From NCBI GenBank assembly GCA_039621445.1, contig CP154954.1:45301847-45365846 (forward strand): DNA of 64,000 nucleotides. The letters run 5' to 3'. The notes beneath the pieces are model-generated. The model did no database searches and had not been told where the DNA came from. It was given only the letters and a program-made list of their open reading frames with translations. Position numbers and translations under genes: made by a program. Source of the DNA: Euglena gracilis (Eukaryota). This document shows, in pieces, positions 1 to 13,100 of the stretch (positions within the stretch are counted from its first letter, which is position 1; each line of letters starts with the position of its first letter).

Positions 1-3000
1 GACTACGCGGCGGGCCTGGTGGACGCGGACCACATCGACACCATGGCCCGCATCCGCCAGGAGGCGTACGGCGCGGCGGGGCAGGCCCTGGCGGAGGCCT
101 CACGGGGCGTCAAGGCAGACGCCGCCACGTTCCAGCCGTTGCCCACGGCGGCCCATACCCCCTCCAAATTTAAGACCTCCAAATTTAAGACCCCCCCCGG
201 GTTGACTGAGCAAAAAATTCAAAATAAAGACCCCCCAAATTTATCATCAAATTTGGCGCGAAGCCCTGAGCCCGATGAAAAATTCCTGGAATATTACGGA
301 GAACGCTGATTTTGGTGCAAGAATGATTAAAATTCTGCAAACTTTTGACGACTTTGAAACACAAAAAACATGGCGAGTTTTGATTTATACCAATTAACAC
401 ATGGCACGGAGCTCCGAAGGAAAATTTTGAGGCGCTTTAGAAACCCAAAAAAATGAGGATTTTTTGGGGCCCGGGTCGGTCAAGAAAATCCAAAATGACC
501 CCCAAAAAATAAGATCAGGTCTTATTTTGGGGGGTGCTACCAACAGGCTCGCCATAGACCCTCTGTCAAAATGGGAATGTCTTGGGGCCTGCTTCCATCG
601 CCGCTTTCCTGAGGTCCAACGAGTAACTGTGTTCAATGGTGTTGGGACCCATCACGGGGGTAGATCGCAGGATAGATGCATTTTTGATTTATGAGTTGTT
701 ACATGAACAACATATAGCCATTTCTAGATTTCACCTGAAGTTAGTTCACTCCAAATTGCAAAGCTAAGCAAAGAATATATTCTATCTTTTTTGAATGACC
801 AATATAAGTGATTTGAAAATACATTTCAAATATCGGCGCGCAGCGCCGAATAATTTTTTTGGGCGTTCACTAGAGGAAATTGGATGAACAAAATTTCGTT
901 CAGATTTTTTCCCACACCATTTTTTCCCGTTCAGTTCCCCCCCTGCTGCGGAGAGCTCAGGCTCGCCCGTCCCCAAACTCAAAGAGGGCATTTTCTCTTC
1001 AAACATATGGGGGTTGGTCTGTTCAGTCTTTCTTTCTCCATCAAATAGGAGACCCACATTTTCCCTTTTCTCCCCCAACCATGCCCCAAGGATGGGTGCT
1101 ACGCTCCTCATCCCATCCATCCCCCAGGCAGCGACAGGCAGCGACAGGCAGGCACGGGTACCTGGTGCTACCCCCCCCCCAGAAACTGTATCGTCTTTGG
1201 TCCCTGGCCAGCTGTCCTCCGGGGGGCTGGTGCATAGGCACGGGGGGGGGGGGGCTGTTCGGGCTGACTGGGCCGCCGGCTGCCGTGCCAGCGGTGGCGA
1301 AGGCGCAGCAGCTCCAGGCCCAGCTCCAGCAAATGAAGCGGCGGCTGCAGGCGCAGGTGGCGCTGCACCTCGCTCGCCCCCCTCCCGGGCACAATATCCC
1401 TGGAGTGCAATGTCTGCAGGTGGGCATTTGTTGGCTGGTTCAGGCTGGGCACCTTGGACCCTTTGTTTCCAACGCCACATTGTGCTTGAGGTGCCTGTCT
1501 GTATGGTAGTCGTTTGTGTGGAGCCAGACATTGAACGAACCCCTTTGGCGCTTGCCAAGCTTCCAGGGTGGCGATGTGCAGTGTTTTTTCTCTGTTTGTC
1601 CACACCCCCGGACTGCCGGCCGCGGGTGGCCGATGTGGCTGCACCGGAAGAGATCGCCGGCGAGCACCGGGGCGGGGTTTTGTGCGGGACGCAGGGGGAG
1701 GGGGGCGCCCGCTGAGTTGATGGAGAGGACCCAGGACGTGCTCAGCCACGTGGACCCGAAGGCCAACAAGGCGCTGAGGACCTACGCTCAGGGAGACCCC
1801 CAAAGTGCGGGGAACGGCCTCTTTCCTGGGCTGTGTCCCTGGGGATGCCCACCCTGCGGTGCCACGCAGTGCCGGCGTGGCACTGTGGGGTGGCCAGATG
1901 TATGGGAAGCCCTCTGGTTTTGAGTTGGGTGGTGGTGGGGGGGGGTCCTGACCCCCCCCCCGGGGCGTAAGGTGGGGGGTCCGGACTTGGGATTTTTTAA
2001 CGGTTGGACCCCGGGTGGGGGAGGGGGAGGGGTTGGGCCGAGCCGGTACCCCCTGAAGGAGTGTACCCAAAATCGACTCCCCAAGAGTTGGCCCCCCTGA
2101 CCCCCCTTCCCCGGGGGAGGGGGTACCCAGGCCTGGGTGGGTGGGGGGGGGCACCCCCCTCCCCCGGTCTTTAAGAAATACACGGTTCTGAACCCCCCAG
2201 GAGGGGACAGTGCTTGGCAGGTTCCAAAAAAGGTGAAAAATTCTCTTTCGGCATTGCACTCCAGAAAAAGTACCTTTCCCTTTTATGCATACTGCACACA
2301 TGTTTGGATATTTTGGTGTTTCCACAATGGGAAAAGATGTCAAAAAAAAATTCGAAACAACAAGTATTTTGGGGGGTTTATTTTCAAACAGAAAGTCAGG
2401 GATCTTTAAACAATTTTTGGGCTGGTATTCAGCCTTCTGGACCCACAGAGCCAAAAATTTCCCTCCTCGTCACTGTTTCGAGGTTGGGGGGGTCGAACCT
2501 CTCCCCCCCCCTCCGTGTCGGGAGGGTGTCCGACCCCCCTCCTCAGGACTTCCCATACATCCCTGGGGTCAGCATCCCTCTTGTCTTAAGTCAGCCTGTT
2601 GTGGCTGACTTAACGCGCCTTTGTGTGCTCTCTACGACAGCCGGGCACCTCAGCCCATCTCACACGGTTGAGAAATCCTGCGCTGCAGTTCGGAAACGGG
2701 AACGGAACGCTGCTGGTACACACGCCAAGGGGACGTCGGGTTTTCCGATACACTTCGCCGCCGCGGCGAGGCTCCCTGCCCCCATCAACCAGCGGATCAA
2801 GAAACGCAAGGCGTCCTCCCGCGAGAACCTGCTGGAAATGCAGGGCTTCCAGCGCAAGGTGCGGGGCAAGTGGCTGCTGGGGGCCGGCCACTCCGCTGTG
2901 AAATGCGGTAGCTTCTGAAACCCCAGCGGTGACACAATGTGACCAGTTGAAGCCCGAGAGGGGTGCAGGGGGAGATGTGAACCTTTTCAGCCTTCTGCAT

Positions 3001-6000
3001 TCTTGCAGAGCAGTGAAAGGAGTACAGCAACAACCACTCTTGCCTTTTCTTCCCTCCCCAAAAAATGAGACCGGTGCCTTGCCTTGCCCTAACACAAGGC
3101 ATTGTGTGCATTTGGGTTTCTGAAAATAGACCCATGGGGATCATATTTGTGATTGTCTTATTTAGGGTTTGCAGCTTTTATGGGCACTGATTCTTTCCCC
3201 CTGCTTGACATGAGGTTTCTGTTTGTCAGATGTTTTGGCATTTTTTAAAGGGTATTTACCTCGAATTTGGTGTTTATTTCGTGTGTTTCTATTTGCTCTT
3301 AATTTAAATCCTGATCTTGTTGCCAGGGGAGCTTACATCAGGGTCCAAACATCTCCAAAAGATGATGCATCACACTGAGGACTGTCTGAATTGGGGGGGG
3401 GCATATTTGGTGCATGCTCCATCCACCCCCCCAAACCAGCCAGAACCACATTAACACCAATAACAATATGATTTTAGTTCTACCCGACTGATGGGGGCTC
3501 GCCTGACCTGACCTGGTCAAAAAGAAAACGGGCCAGGCCCAGTGACATGAACTCACCCACTCTTCAAAATCCACCAAAAAGAATGCCTCTGGGCTGGTTC
3601 AAACTCAAGGTCCGTGGAGTTGCAAGCACCAAAACCAGCCACACTTTTTTTTGCAGTAAAATCCCAGTAAACTCAACCCGATTAACGGCGTTGAACCCCC
3701 CCCCCAAATATTAAGCTCCCCCGGCTTCATATTTGGGCGGGATTTCAAGACCTCCAGGGGGCTTTACATTTGGGGGGGCTTTATATTGGGGGGGGAATCA
3801 AACTTTTTCGGGTGGCCCCTGTGACCTTCGGTGGCCTTCAATTGTGGCCAAATACCAATTTTATGCCAAATTTTCGTTGGTACCTCCCATTTTTTGCAAA
3901 CAAAATGTGCAATTCTTATCCAAAATGGAGCATTTCTGGTGAAAATTTTTTTGTTTCCACCCAAAGATTTTCCTTAGTGGCCCCAGCGTCTGGCTCCACG
4001 TCAGGGGGGGGGGACTTTATATTTGGGCAGCAAAAATAAACCCCAGGGGGGGCTTTATATTGGGGGGAGGGGTTACTACCCCCTGGGGGGGTCCCAGTAA
4101 CAAGACCCGAACCCAGGGGCCTGATTTCAGCCCACCTTTCTAACTTCGATCTAACCCTTTTCTGGTCTCTTTTCTGAACGCCGATTGTATTCCTAACCCT
4201 ATCTCTAAAAGGAATTACAAACCGTATGTGTCTGGTAAATTGGCTGTGTTAACAGAGATATGCACCGGCGGCTTAACTTTTGGGCCCCTATCGGATCCCA
4301 GTGGACTAATATGGGGGTCCACTTTTTTGAGTGCATTTCGATGTGGGTGTCATCAACGTTTTTGGTGAATTCTGGGGACGGTACAGTAATTTACCATCCC
4401 CGGAATTCACCAAAAACGTTGCCTGCCAAACTCATTGCCGCAGTTATCGCAAGTGGAACCAAAGAAGTTTCTTTGGCTCTTTTTCAGGGAAGGTCCTTGA
4501 ATACCCATCCTCCTCCTTCCAAGAGGTCGAAGGTACGATGTCGTGGGGACTCACGCCTTGTGACCTGATTTTTCTTCTGGAAATAAAACGAACCACCAAC
4601 CTCGCCTAACTCGCCGAAGCCTATCCCATTACATCAGACCATCCTCCTTTCCGGTTTGGCAGACATACACAGTCTCGACAAAAATTCACAGTGAATAAAA
4701 ATCCAAAACAGGAAACAAATTATTGCAGGGAATTTTTTTTGCAGAATATTGAATTTGAGGGACCTTTTTTTTCTTCGAAATATCGGTCTTGGGTTTTTTC
4801 CCCCTGATTCAGGCTCCATTTGAAAGTGGATGCCTCTGCAATCCCCAAGACATGAGCTTGCGGAAAAGGATTGGCCTCCGAGCAGTTGGAATGACAACTG
4901 CAAGAAGGTCAGGGATTTTTTCAGGATTTCAGGAAGTTTGGACCGGGGGCGGGGGGAGGGAGGGTGGGTCTGCCAGACCCCCTCCCCCGGTGGGTGCCTG
5001 GGGCCAAAAAAAAATGTGGTGCCATCACTTTAGGAACACTTTTTTTTGCATTCCCCCATTTTTTTTGATTTCTGCCTTTTCCATCATTTTTATGTCAGTT
5101 TTCTCACCCACTCTTCCTCCTCTCTGCACCCCACGCTCCGCTCACTGTGCGAGTGCCCCCACCACCCGCGAGCTGCGCTTCGTGGCGTTGCTGTCGGCCG
5201 GGGCGTTCGCCGTGTACGCAGCGGGGAAGGTGGGGGCCCAGCGCCTGGGCCAACTCAAACTCCGCAGCCTGCCCGTGAACGTCGCCGTGGGGATGTGCTG
5301 CTGCTCCAGCTGGGCGCCCCCTGCACTGCAGCATCCGAAGACCTCCCTGGCATGTCAGGGGAATTCAGTGCCCCAAGGAAGTTGTCACCTGTGATTCCAC
5401 TTGGGAGGTTGGCACGAATTTGGGCCGTGGTGGCCAAAAGAAATGTTCAATGCTTTTTTTGATGTGGAAATCAATTTTAAAATGGCCAGCAGCTCAAATT
5501 GCGGGTCCCTAAAAATCTTCTTTTTAAAACTCTTCCCAAAACGGGACCCTAACCCAGACCCAGACAGGACCCAGACGGGCCTGTCTGGGTCCTCAAAAGA
5601 CCAATTTTTCAGCGTGCCGATCCGAACCCCAGCCTTATTCCCAGAATTAAGTGCCAAATCTCCCCAGATCCAACCGATTTGCCCGGATCCGTCGCGGATC
5701 CAGGCCGCCGCGGGACCGAAACGGGGGGGGGGGAGTCGGACGCGGAGGCTGCTGCCCCCCCCCATGGAGATTTTACTCGGGGGCAAGTAAAACCTTGCTG
5801 CCATATGTGTGTGTTGATTTATATTTCTTTTTATGTTTGTAGATTTTATGTTTATATTTGTATGTTTAAACTTTGTTCGCCCCCCCCTGGGGGGCCAAGT
5901 AAAATTTTGCTGCCATTCACCATACATTGCTGATTTTTGTTTTTTCTGTGCTTTTTCCTACCGTGTTTGACCCAGCTCTGGCCAGCCCTCTCACAAGGGG

Positions 6001-7603
6001 ACCACGGGGGGACCTAGTGAACACCTTTTTTCCCCCCAGCCAATGAACCCCTGGGTTTTTTGGGGGGATTTGATGTGTGAAAGTTTCCGCAATTTTCTCC
6101 AATTTCCGCAATTTTGTTCAATTTCTGCATTAGGCAATGGAGGTTAGGCACGGCGGGGGGGGGGGGGCTGAGGGCGGCTGCGGGGGGGGGGGGCTCCGAG
6201 GGCGGCCGCGCGGGCGGCTCGCGGCCCAAAATCGATAATTTTCGGGTCCAAAAAGTGGTCATTTTTGGCCATTTTTGGCCACAGTTGGCGTTTTTTTTTA
6301 AAAAAAAACCAAAACAACGTGCTTTTTTTCTATTAAAAAAAAAACGCCCCAAAAACATCAAAGTTTTGTTGAAAAAAACTCGTTATGAAACACCCAAACC
6401 ATACTTCGAATACTACTAAGTTCAAAAACTGCCAAAAAAAAATGGTCAAAAACATCCAAAACTGCAAAAAAAATGCAAATTTATGACTTTTTCATATTTT
6501 GTGGAAAGATTTTTTTGGCAGAAATGCCCCAGTTGCCAAAAATGATTGAGATGTATTCAAAAATTTTATGTGCAAAACCGAGTGGGTGTTTTTTCCCTTT
6601 TCTTAGAAAAACCCTTGTTAAAATTGAAATTGAAATTGAAATTGAAATTGAAAAAAAACGCGTCCAAAAAAAGCCGAGCAGGGGCCACGCGGGGCCCCCC
6701 GCGAGCGGCGCACCTAGCCCCCAATTTTGATTAGCAAATGCCAATTTGGTGGGCCAATTCCAAATTTTCGGAGGCAAATGCCTAATTTGAGGTGCAAACT
6801 ACAAAATGCCTAATTTTGGATGCAAACTCTTAAATTTTGGGACAAATGCCACATTTGGGATGCAAACCTAATGCGGTTTGCTAATTCCTAATTTTGGGTG
6901 GCAAATGCCTAATTTCCCATTGTCAGTTCCAAAGTTTGATGGGAAAATCCATATTTTGGTGTGCTAAGTCTGGGCATTGAGTGCACGAATTCCCAAATTG
7001 GGGACAAATGACAGTTTTGTGGCCAGTTCTTGGTTTTGAGTTGCAAGTCTCCTGTTTGAGCGGCACATGCCAATTTGGCGTGCAGAACCATAATTTTTGT
7101 ACAGCACTTCTTGTCCACAATGATTCTTGTCCGTATGTCCAATCTTCCTCCCTGGCGACCATTGACACCTCCAGTTCTTCAACCTACGGCCGCTTCTCAC
7201 GGAGAGAGGGTGTCGAGATGGTAAATTGTAATGTAGATATTTTTTGAAGCCAGTTTTAAGGGCAATCCAATGCACGATGGGTATTGTATTGGCTACAATA
7301 TGGGGCATGTCCGGGACCTCAACACAGCACACAGCCGAAGTTTTGGCTGCCGCAAAAACTGCAAAAAAAATTTACACCATGCGAAAAAACCTTAAAACGG
7401 TGCCATGCGAAAAACCGAACGCACACCCAAACTTGCTTGTGGGTCGCACGAGCCCAGGGATACATGGCCGCAAGGCACGTCCGGGGCTGTCGCCTATTAT
7501 GCCATCGTCGCAACCGCCGTGCCATATCTGACCAAGCGACACTTGCTGCTCCAGGTGGCGGCTCTAATGGCCCTCGGTGCTGGCCTGGCGGTTGGCCTGG
7601 ACC
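1..7603 (+). CDS. Partial multi-exon host gene, unknown product with coiled-coil-like N-part and hydrophobic (probable TM) C-part; approximate exons 1-129, 1288-~1356, ~1620-1655(?), ~1720-1785, 2784-2873, 5167-5304, 7495-~7603
   Basis: Short GC3-rich coding-like islands (DYAAGLVDADHIDTMARIRQEAY..., PAVAKAQQLQAQLQQMKRRLQAQ, MERTQDVLSHVDPKANKALRTY, INQRIKKRKASSRENLLEMQGFQRK, RELRFVALLSAGAFAVYAAG, YYAIVATAVPYLTKRHLLLQVAALMALGAGLAVGL). They join in frame across hairpin-ended introns 130-1287 and 1786-2783; other junctions are uncertain by one or more nt. Start lies upstream of the window and the 3' end is unresolved. Confidence 0.6.
130..1287 (+). other. Non-canonical hairpin-ended intron
   Basis: CAG 133-135 and CTG 1280-1282; 5' CAGCCG..CGGCGGCCCA pairs with 3' TGGGCCGCCGGCTG; removal gives in-frame DAAT|PAVAK (boundary can slide 1 nt). 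Confidence 0.65.
1786..2783 (+). other. Non-canonical hairpin-ended intron
   Basis: CAGGGAG at +4 (1789) pairs with CTCCCTG (CTG 2776-2778, -8); C|G...C|A borders; in-frame join ALRTY|INQRIKK. Confidence 0.7.
3690..4075. mobile_element. Small foldback/MITE-like element with CCCCCAAATAT / ATATTGGGGG subterminal motifs
   Basis: Inverted C-run/G-run ends and repeated GGGGGCTTTATATTGGGGG motifs; related motifs at ~157-535, ~23180-23520 and ~24143-24355. Confidence 0.45.
6621..6652. repeat. (AATTGA)5 microsatellite
   Basis: Directly visible. Confidence 0.9.
6730..7085. repeat. Degenerate GGCAAATGCCTAATTT motif cluster (related cluster ~8200-8890)
   Basis: Multiple imperfect GCAAATGCC(T)AATTT copies in both regions; probably subterminal repeats of a non-autonomous element. 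Confidence 0.55.
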
Positions 7604-7970
7604 ACGCAGAAGGGCTGCTCCTGGGGCCCCTGCGGAAACCGCGCCCACGGAAGCTACCTTGAGATGTGGCACATTGTTGGGATCTGTGCAATTGCCGAGT
7701 TCTGAGAGCAATGTGCTGTTCTGGTGCGTCCGTTGGTTTTTGGTCAGAAGGCTTGGTGAAAGTGTAATTGAGAAAAGTAAAATTTTTCCAGAAATTTCGC
7801 CCACACGCGTTTGAAAAAAAATTGCTGTTGCCTGGCACTGCTCTCAAACGAACACTTTACACGTCCTTCAAAATCTTTCCCACACCATGTTCTCAATTGC
7901 GGAAGTCAAAGTGCGGGTGAACTCCATTATTTTTAGGAATAGGGTTAGGGTCAGGATTAGGGTCGGGGTT

Positions 7971-8055
7971 CAACACAACACAACGCAACACAACGCAACG
8001 CAACACAACACAACACAACACAACACAACACAACACAACACAACACAACACAACG
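7971..8055. repeat. (CAACA)n pentanucleotide microsatellite
   Basis: Directly visible, with CAACG variants. Confidence 0.9.
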
Positions 8056-9258
8056 CCACAACGTAACCCCCCCCATTCAAACCGACCCGTCGGTTTAGGA
8101 CTTTTGGGTTGGCGGAACTCCTTCAAGGGGTCGGTTTGGACGGGGGGTTGGTTTCAGGGGGAGCACACAGCTGGCCGACGGCATGCAGACGCAGGTTGAC
8201 GTTAGCAAGGCAATTTCAATTGGCAAATGCCTAATTTGGTTGGCCAACTCCTAAATTTGGCAAATTATCATCCCCCCCTGAGCTATTCCCGTCCCCGGGA
8301 CACTTTACGGCCCAATGGGAACAGCTCGGGGGGGAGACCTAGGTCCCCCCCCCCCCCACCCCCTACCCACCCCCCCCCCCCCCCCGCATCAACCCCCCCC
8401 CCCCCCCCCGAGCTATTCCCATACCCGAACCTCGGGCAGCCAAAAAGAGGTCATTTTTGGCAGCTTTTTGGATGCCCGCAAAAAAATTGCAATTTAAGCA
8501 CATTTGCAAGAAATCAATTTTTTGAAACGTCCCAACAACGTGGATTTCTCAGCACTTTTTTCTCTCGGAAGTTCTTTGTAAAAAAAAGTGCTATGACAGT
8601 GAGTTATTCCCATCCCCCAATGGGAATAGCTCGGGGGGGGAGCTCGGGGGGGCATGTCAATTTGAGATGCAAACTCTTAATTTTCCGGAGCAAATGCCGA
8701 ATTTTGGGTGTAACGTCCAATTTTTGGTGGCAAACTGCCTAATTTTTTGTGCAAACTTCAAATTTTATGTGGCAAATACCTGATTTTGTAATTTTTTGGG
8801 TGCCAACTCCAAATTTTCGGAGGAAAATGCCCAAAAACGCCAAAATTTGGAAGAAAATGCCTAATTTTTGGTGCAAAATCCTGATTTTTGGTCATCAATA
8901 ATAACCAGTCGATGAGCCTGGACGCTCTTTCTGTTGGCGGCTTCCATTATGTTGTGCATGTTTGTCAACTTGCCAACTTTCCGACCATTCGGGCTCCGCA
9001 CTGCGAGATGGTGAGGTCCTGCTTTCCTTGCCGGCTGTTCTGTTCTGGTGTGTTTGTGTGTGCGCGGGGGGTGCTTCTTACTGCTTTTTGTTGCCGGAAT
9101 TGGCTGATTCTTAATTCTGCCCTTCGACCTCAAGGAGAAAGATTTTCTACTCAACGACTTCAACAACGTTCGCCACATCGACCAATCAATACAGCGGAGG
9201 AAGAGCAATTCAGAACATATAGAGAAGCGGAGGAAGAAAATTTTGACTTCCATGAAAG

Positions 9259-10389
9259 ATGCAACGTACCTGGTGTCCAGCGGCCCAGCGAAGCACGAAA
9301 GAACCCCGGCGAAGGCTGCAGAAGCTGGAAAAGATGGAGTCCCAGCAGGCGCCAGAGCAACCAACATGGAACAAGCGGGAGTGCAAGGAATTTCAAGGAA
9401 AGAATCTGAGATGGAGAAGAGGAGAGGAGCCGCAGGCGCTGGAGACGATGACGGAGCAGCAGCAGAACACCAGTCCGTGGCCATCGCAACCCCCCCACCC
9501 CCCACCACATCAGAGATTTCAAAAGCCCCCACTCAACATGAGGATGGCCATGGACCATGTACAACTGTGGTCAGAAAGACAAGAAGACAGAAAGGAAATA
9601 CCATCACAGGTCCAACAAACTCCCCCCTTTTTCTATGTCCCCCCCCCTTTCAGGGGACAAGGCAAGGGCCATAGCCTTTCAACAAATATCAGAAATTCAA
9701 GGGACATAAGTCAACATCAAGGCTATGGCAGCCATCATCCAAAAGGACCTGGGGTCCAGAATCAAGGCTATGGCAGCCATCATCCAAAAGGGCCTGGGGT
9801 CCAGAATCAAGGCTATGGCAGCCATCATTCAAGGGTACAGTGGGCCCAGGGGCAAGGCTTTGGCAGCCAGTATCCCAGCCTGGACAGATTCCATTGGGGG
9901 AAAGGTATGTCCAACTTTCCCCCAAGCATTTTCAGACACAAACCCCCCAGGAGCAAGCCAATGCCAAAAACAGGCCATGGTGGCCTATATGTGGAAGCAA
10001 GAGGGCCAGAGAAGAGACCAGAGAAGTCCTGGAGAGAAGGCCAATGGAGGCCAAATGGCCCTGAAGACAACTGGTGGCCAACACAACCAAGACCATCCAC
10101 ACCACATCAGCCCTTGGGGGGGAGGCCCAAGATTGGCTCAAACAGGCCCCCCCCAGAAGATAATCAGCCCAGCTTTATATGTACCTCCCACTGCAGACAC
10201 AGACCTTCCCCCATCATTCAAAAACAGGGGGAAAGCCTGTCTTTGGAAAGCCCTATGGAAGGGCTGCAGCTGGCCCGAGTGATGGGGCAGCCAGGGGTGA
10301 CCCAAGTGATGGGGCAACCAGGGGGAAGGACCCCAGTGATGGGGCCTGTGGAATCCCCAGACACATTACACCCATTGGTACCCCCTTAA
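9259..10389 (+). CDS. DIRS gag-like low-complexity ORF
   Basis: 376-aa Q/G/P-rich ORF upstream of RT (PPPFRGQGKG), with 45-bp tandem repeats (QNQGYGSHHPKGPGV, ~9712-9836) and VMGQPG repeats (~10278-10345). Confidence 0.55.
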   Translation: MQRTWCPAAQRSTKEPRRRLQKLEKMESQQAPEQPTWNKRECKEFQGKNLRWRRGEEPQALETMTEQQQNTSPWPSQPPHPPPHQRFQKPPLNMRMAMDHVQLWSERQEDRKEIPSQVQQTPPFFYVPPPFRGQGKGHSLSTNIRNSRDISQHQGYGSHHPKGPGVQNQGYGSHHPKGPGVQNQGYGSHHSRVQWAQGQGFGSQYPSLDRFHWGKGMSNFPPSIFRHKPPRSKPMPKTGHGGLYVEARGPEKRPEKSWREGQWRPNGPEDNWWPTQPRPSTPHQPLGGRPKIGSNRPPPEDNQPSFICTSHCRHRPSPIIQKQGESLSLESPMEGLQLARVMGQPGVTQVMGQPGGRTPVMGPVESPDTLHPLVPP

Positions 10390-11430
10390 AAAGCCCTGCA
10401 GGCCAGCATTCCCCATTGGGTCAAGGCAGGAGCCAGCAGAGAGGTATTAAACCTGATAAGGGGAGGGGTTATGGCAGATCTTCCCCTCCCCCCTCAAATG
10501 TCCTTAAAATTTCCCTTCAAAACCCACCAAGAAATAATGACTGCCCAGAAAATTCTGAGAGAATACGAATGTGCAGGGGCAACCAGGCAAATCCCCCCAG
10601 AGGATTTGTCTCTTACTTCATCATTTCCAAAAAAGAAGGGGAAAAGACAAAGGAGAGACTTATTTCGGATTGTCGACAGTTAAATCTCCACTTCACCCCC
10701 CAGAAGTTCAGACTGGAGCACATGGGAAGCATCTTCCCATATTTAAGAAAAGATTGGTTTTGTGACAAAATCGATCTGAAAGATGCTTATTTCCATCTGC
10801 AGCTGCACAGCAGCTTAGAAAAATATGTTTGCGTGCAGGTGGGGGGAGAAACCTGGCAGTTTCAAGCTGCATGCTTCGGCATCAGCGGCCTGCCAGAAAA
10901 ATTTATGACTCTCATGAGAGTCTGGGAACGGAAATGGAGAAAGGAGGGAAAGGTAGTTTTCATCTACCTAGACGACATTTTGCTGTTAGCCCCCAGCAAA
11001 AAGACAGCAGCCCAGCATTTGGAAGAAATAAAACAGGACCTTTTACTGGAAGGTTTGAGATTAAACCTCCCCAAATCCTGTCTGGAACCCACACAGGAGA
11101 TAAAGCATTTGGGCCACTGGAAACTCCACAGGAAAAACTAAAATCCTTAAGAAAGGAGCTAGGCAAAGTGCTCAGAGCACAAAAAATGAGCTGCAGAAAA
11201 CTCAGTTCTATTGTGGGGCAGGTCAGAAGCTATTTAGTCTCAATGCCATTTCTCAGAATTCTGACAGATCAACTTTGCAAAATGGTGGATTTGCACACAA
11301 AGTGGGGTTGGGACCACACCCTAACCATTCCCCTGCGGGTCAAGGATCAAATTGTGGAGTTAAAAGCGTTTTTGCAGCCAGGTGTGGGCAGAGCTTTTCA
11401 ATCCCAGGCCTCTCAGGAACTGTTCTCAGA
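10390..11430 (+). pseudogene. DIRS reverse transcriptase (frameshifted)
   Basis: RLISDCRQLN, KIDLKDAYFH, FQAACFG, YLDD (10965-10976) and HLG motifs; N-terminal part (PHW...VLNLIREG) and thumb lie in other frames. Confidence 0.92.
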
Positions 11431-12189
11431 CGGGGGCTGGACAAAAACTCAGGCCAAAAAGTGCAGGATTTTTGGAGGGACCTGCACATCCTTCACATCA
11501 ACCAAAAAGAGTTGATGTCAGCAGTGGAGACAGTAAAAAGTCTGGCCAAACCAAAACAAACAATAATGCTTCATGTGGACAGCCAGGTGGCGGTAAGTTA
11601 TTTAACAAAATGGGGAGGCAGAAAGCCCTACCTAAATTCCATCTTAAAACCCCTGCTGTATCATTTTCAGGAAAAGCAAATCAATTTGCAGGTGGTTTGG
11701 GTCCCCACAAAAGAGCAATTGGCAGACTCCCTGACCAGGGAGCAAAAGGACCCAGGGGATTATACCGTAAACCTAAACATCTTTCACCAAATTCTTCATT
11801 TTTTCAGAAAAGACATCACCCCAGAGGTGGACATGTTTTGCACACCCAGCAACAAAAAATTCCCCAAGTTTGTTTGTCGATACCCCCACCAAGGGGCTTT
11901 GCTGGTGGATGCCTTGAAGGCAGATTTGAGGGGTCTCCCCCCAGTTTATGCCAACCCTCCCTGGAGCATCATTCCCCAGTGGGTTCAGAGATTAATGTTA
12001 AACCCAGATCTGACTTGTCTGTTGATCGTGCCCCACTGGGCTTCGACATCATGGTGGCGCCAATTAATGTCAATCAGGCAGCCAGGCAGCAAAGTTTTGT
12101 TGGTACCCCCCCCCCCCAATGGGGTCTGTTCACCAACTGCTGGGGGGAAGAGATGCCCCCCCCCCCAAAGTGGAATTTGGCCTGCTTGA
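11430..12189 (+). pseudogene. DIRS RNase H followed by Dam-like N6-adenine methyltransferase domain
   Basis: HINQKELMSA..VDSQVAVSYL..LADSLTR (DIRS RNase H); EVDMFCT..N.K, DAL, YANPPW (NPPW 11953-11964), LIVPHW..WW (DIRS MT domain). Confidence 0.88.
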
Positions 12190-13100
12190 TTGTGTCAGGC
12201 AAATATTACAATCCCAGGAAGTTTCGATGTCCAGTATCGACACTTACATAAAAAATCTGGGAAATGTCAAGAGATATGACTCGGCATTCAGGACATTGGT
12301 GGGCCAATTGTTGCACAAAGGGGTGCCCCTGCAGGACTGCACAGTCCACAAGATGGCCGAGGCCATCCTTGATCTCGCTGCCCACAGCCTCAACACTGCA
12401 CGAAGTGCATATGCAGCAGTTTTATTACTCCCAGGGTTTGGGTCATTGAGGTTTTCCCCTCTTTTGTCTCCATTGAAAAGGAAATGGAATTCCAATGTCT
12501 GCAAGTATGCCCATTTTTGGGACCCCACTGATTTCTTAGAAAACATCATCAGGAAATCCAAACCCCTCTCAGACCTATCTGTGAAAGAGCTCAGAAACAG
12601 ACTCATCATCTGTCGGAGGCTGTTGGCCCTCCACCGGGGGGTTGATTTAGCCAGGCCACAGCGGAAAATCAGTTTCGTGGGAGAAAAAAATTTCATTTTA
12701 TTGCAAAGGAAAGGGTGGCAATTCTCCAGATGGGAGGAAGTTTTGATTTTGCCACCCCCCCCCCTCATAAGCCCCTGGCATTTATTGAAAGAGTATGTGG
12801 AAAGGACAGCCCACATGATTGGGCACAAAAAAAATTGTTATGGTCTTTGGATGGAAAAAGACCTTTGACAGCAGAACGAGTGAATTCCCTTACCAGAGAA
12901 ATTCTGCAAGAGGGGGGGGGTTGACACCACCCACTGGAAACCCACAGCACCAGAGGAGCTGGGGTTTTATGGTGGAAAAATGCTGGTTTGCAAGTGGAAG
13001 AAGTCCAGCAATTGGGTCAGTGGGAAAATTTTGGGGCCTTCCAAGCTCATTATTTACGACTCGGTGTCGTTTCAAAAATTCAAAATATTATGGCCCAAAG
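12190..13100 (+). pseudogene. DIRS tyrosine recombinase (frameshifted at homopolymers)
   Basis: Catalytic residues visible: R in ALHRGVDLA, HSTR (12943-12954), W in LGQW, Y in AHYLR. Confidence 0.88.

Noticed and set aside
7935-7970. TTAGGG-like runs (also ~43380, ~44230-44520) as telomere remnants
   Set aside because: Only 1-3 imperfect units, embedded in MITE subterminal sequence.
11820-12110. NPPW MTase as a bacterial restriction-modification gene or HGT
   Set aside because: It is in frame after DIRS RNase H, the known position of the DIRS MT domain.
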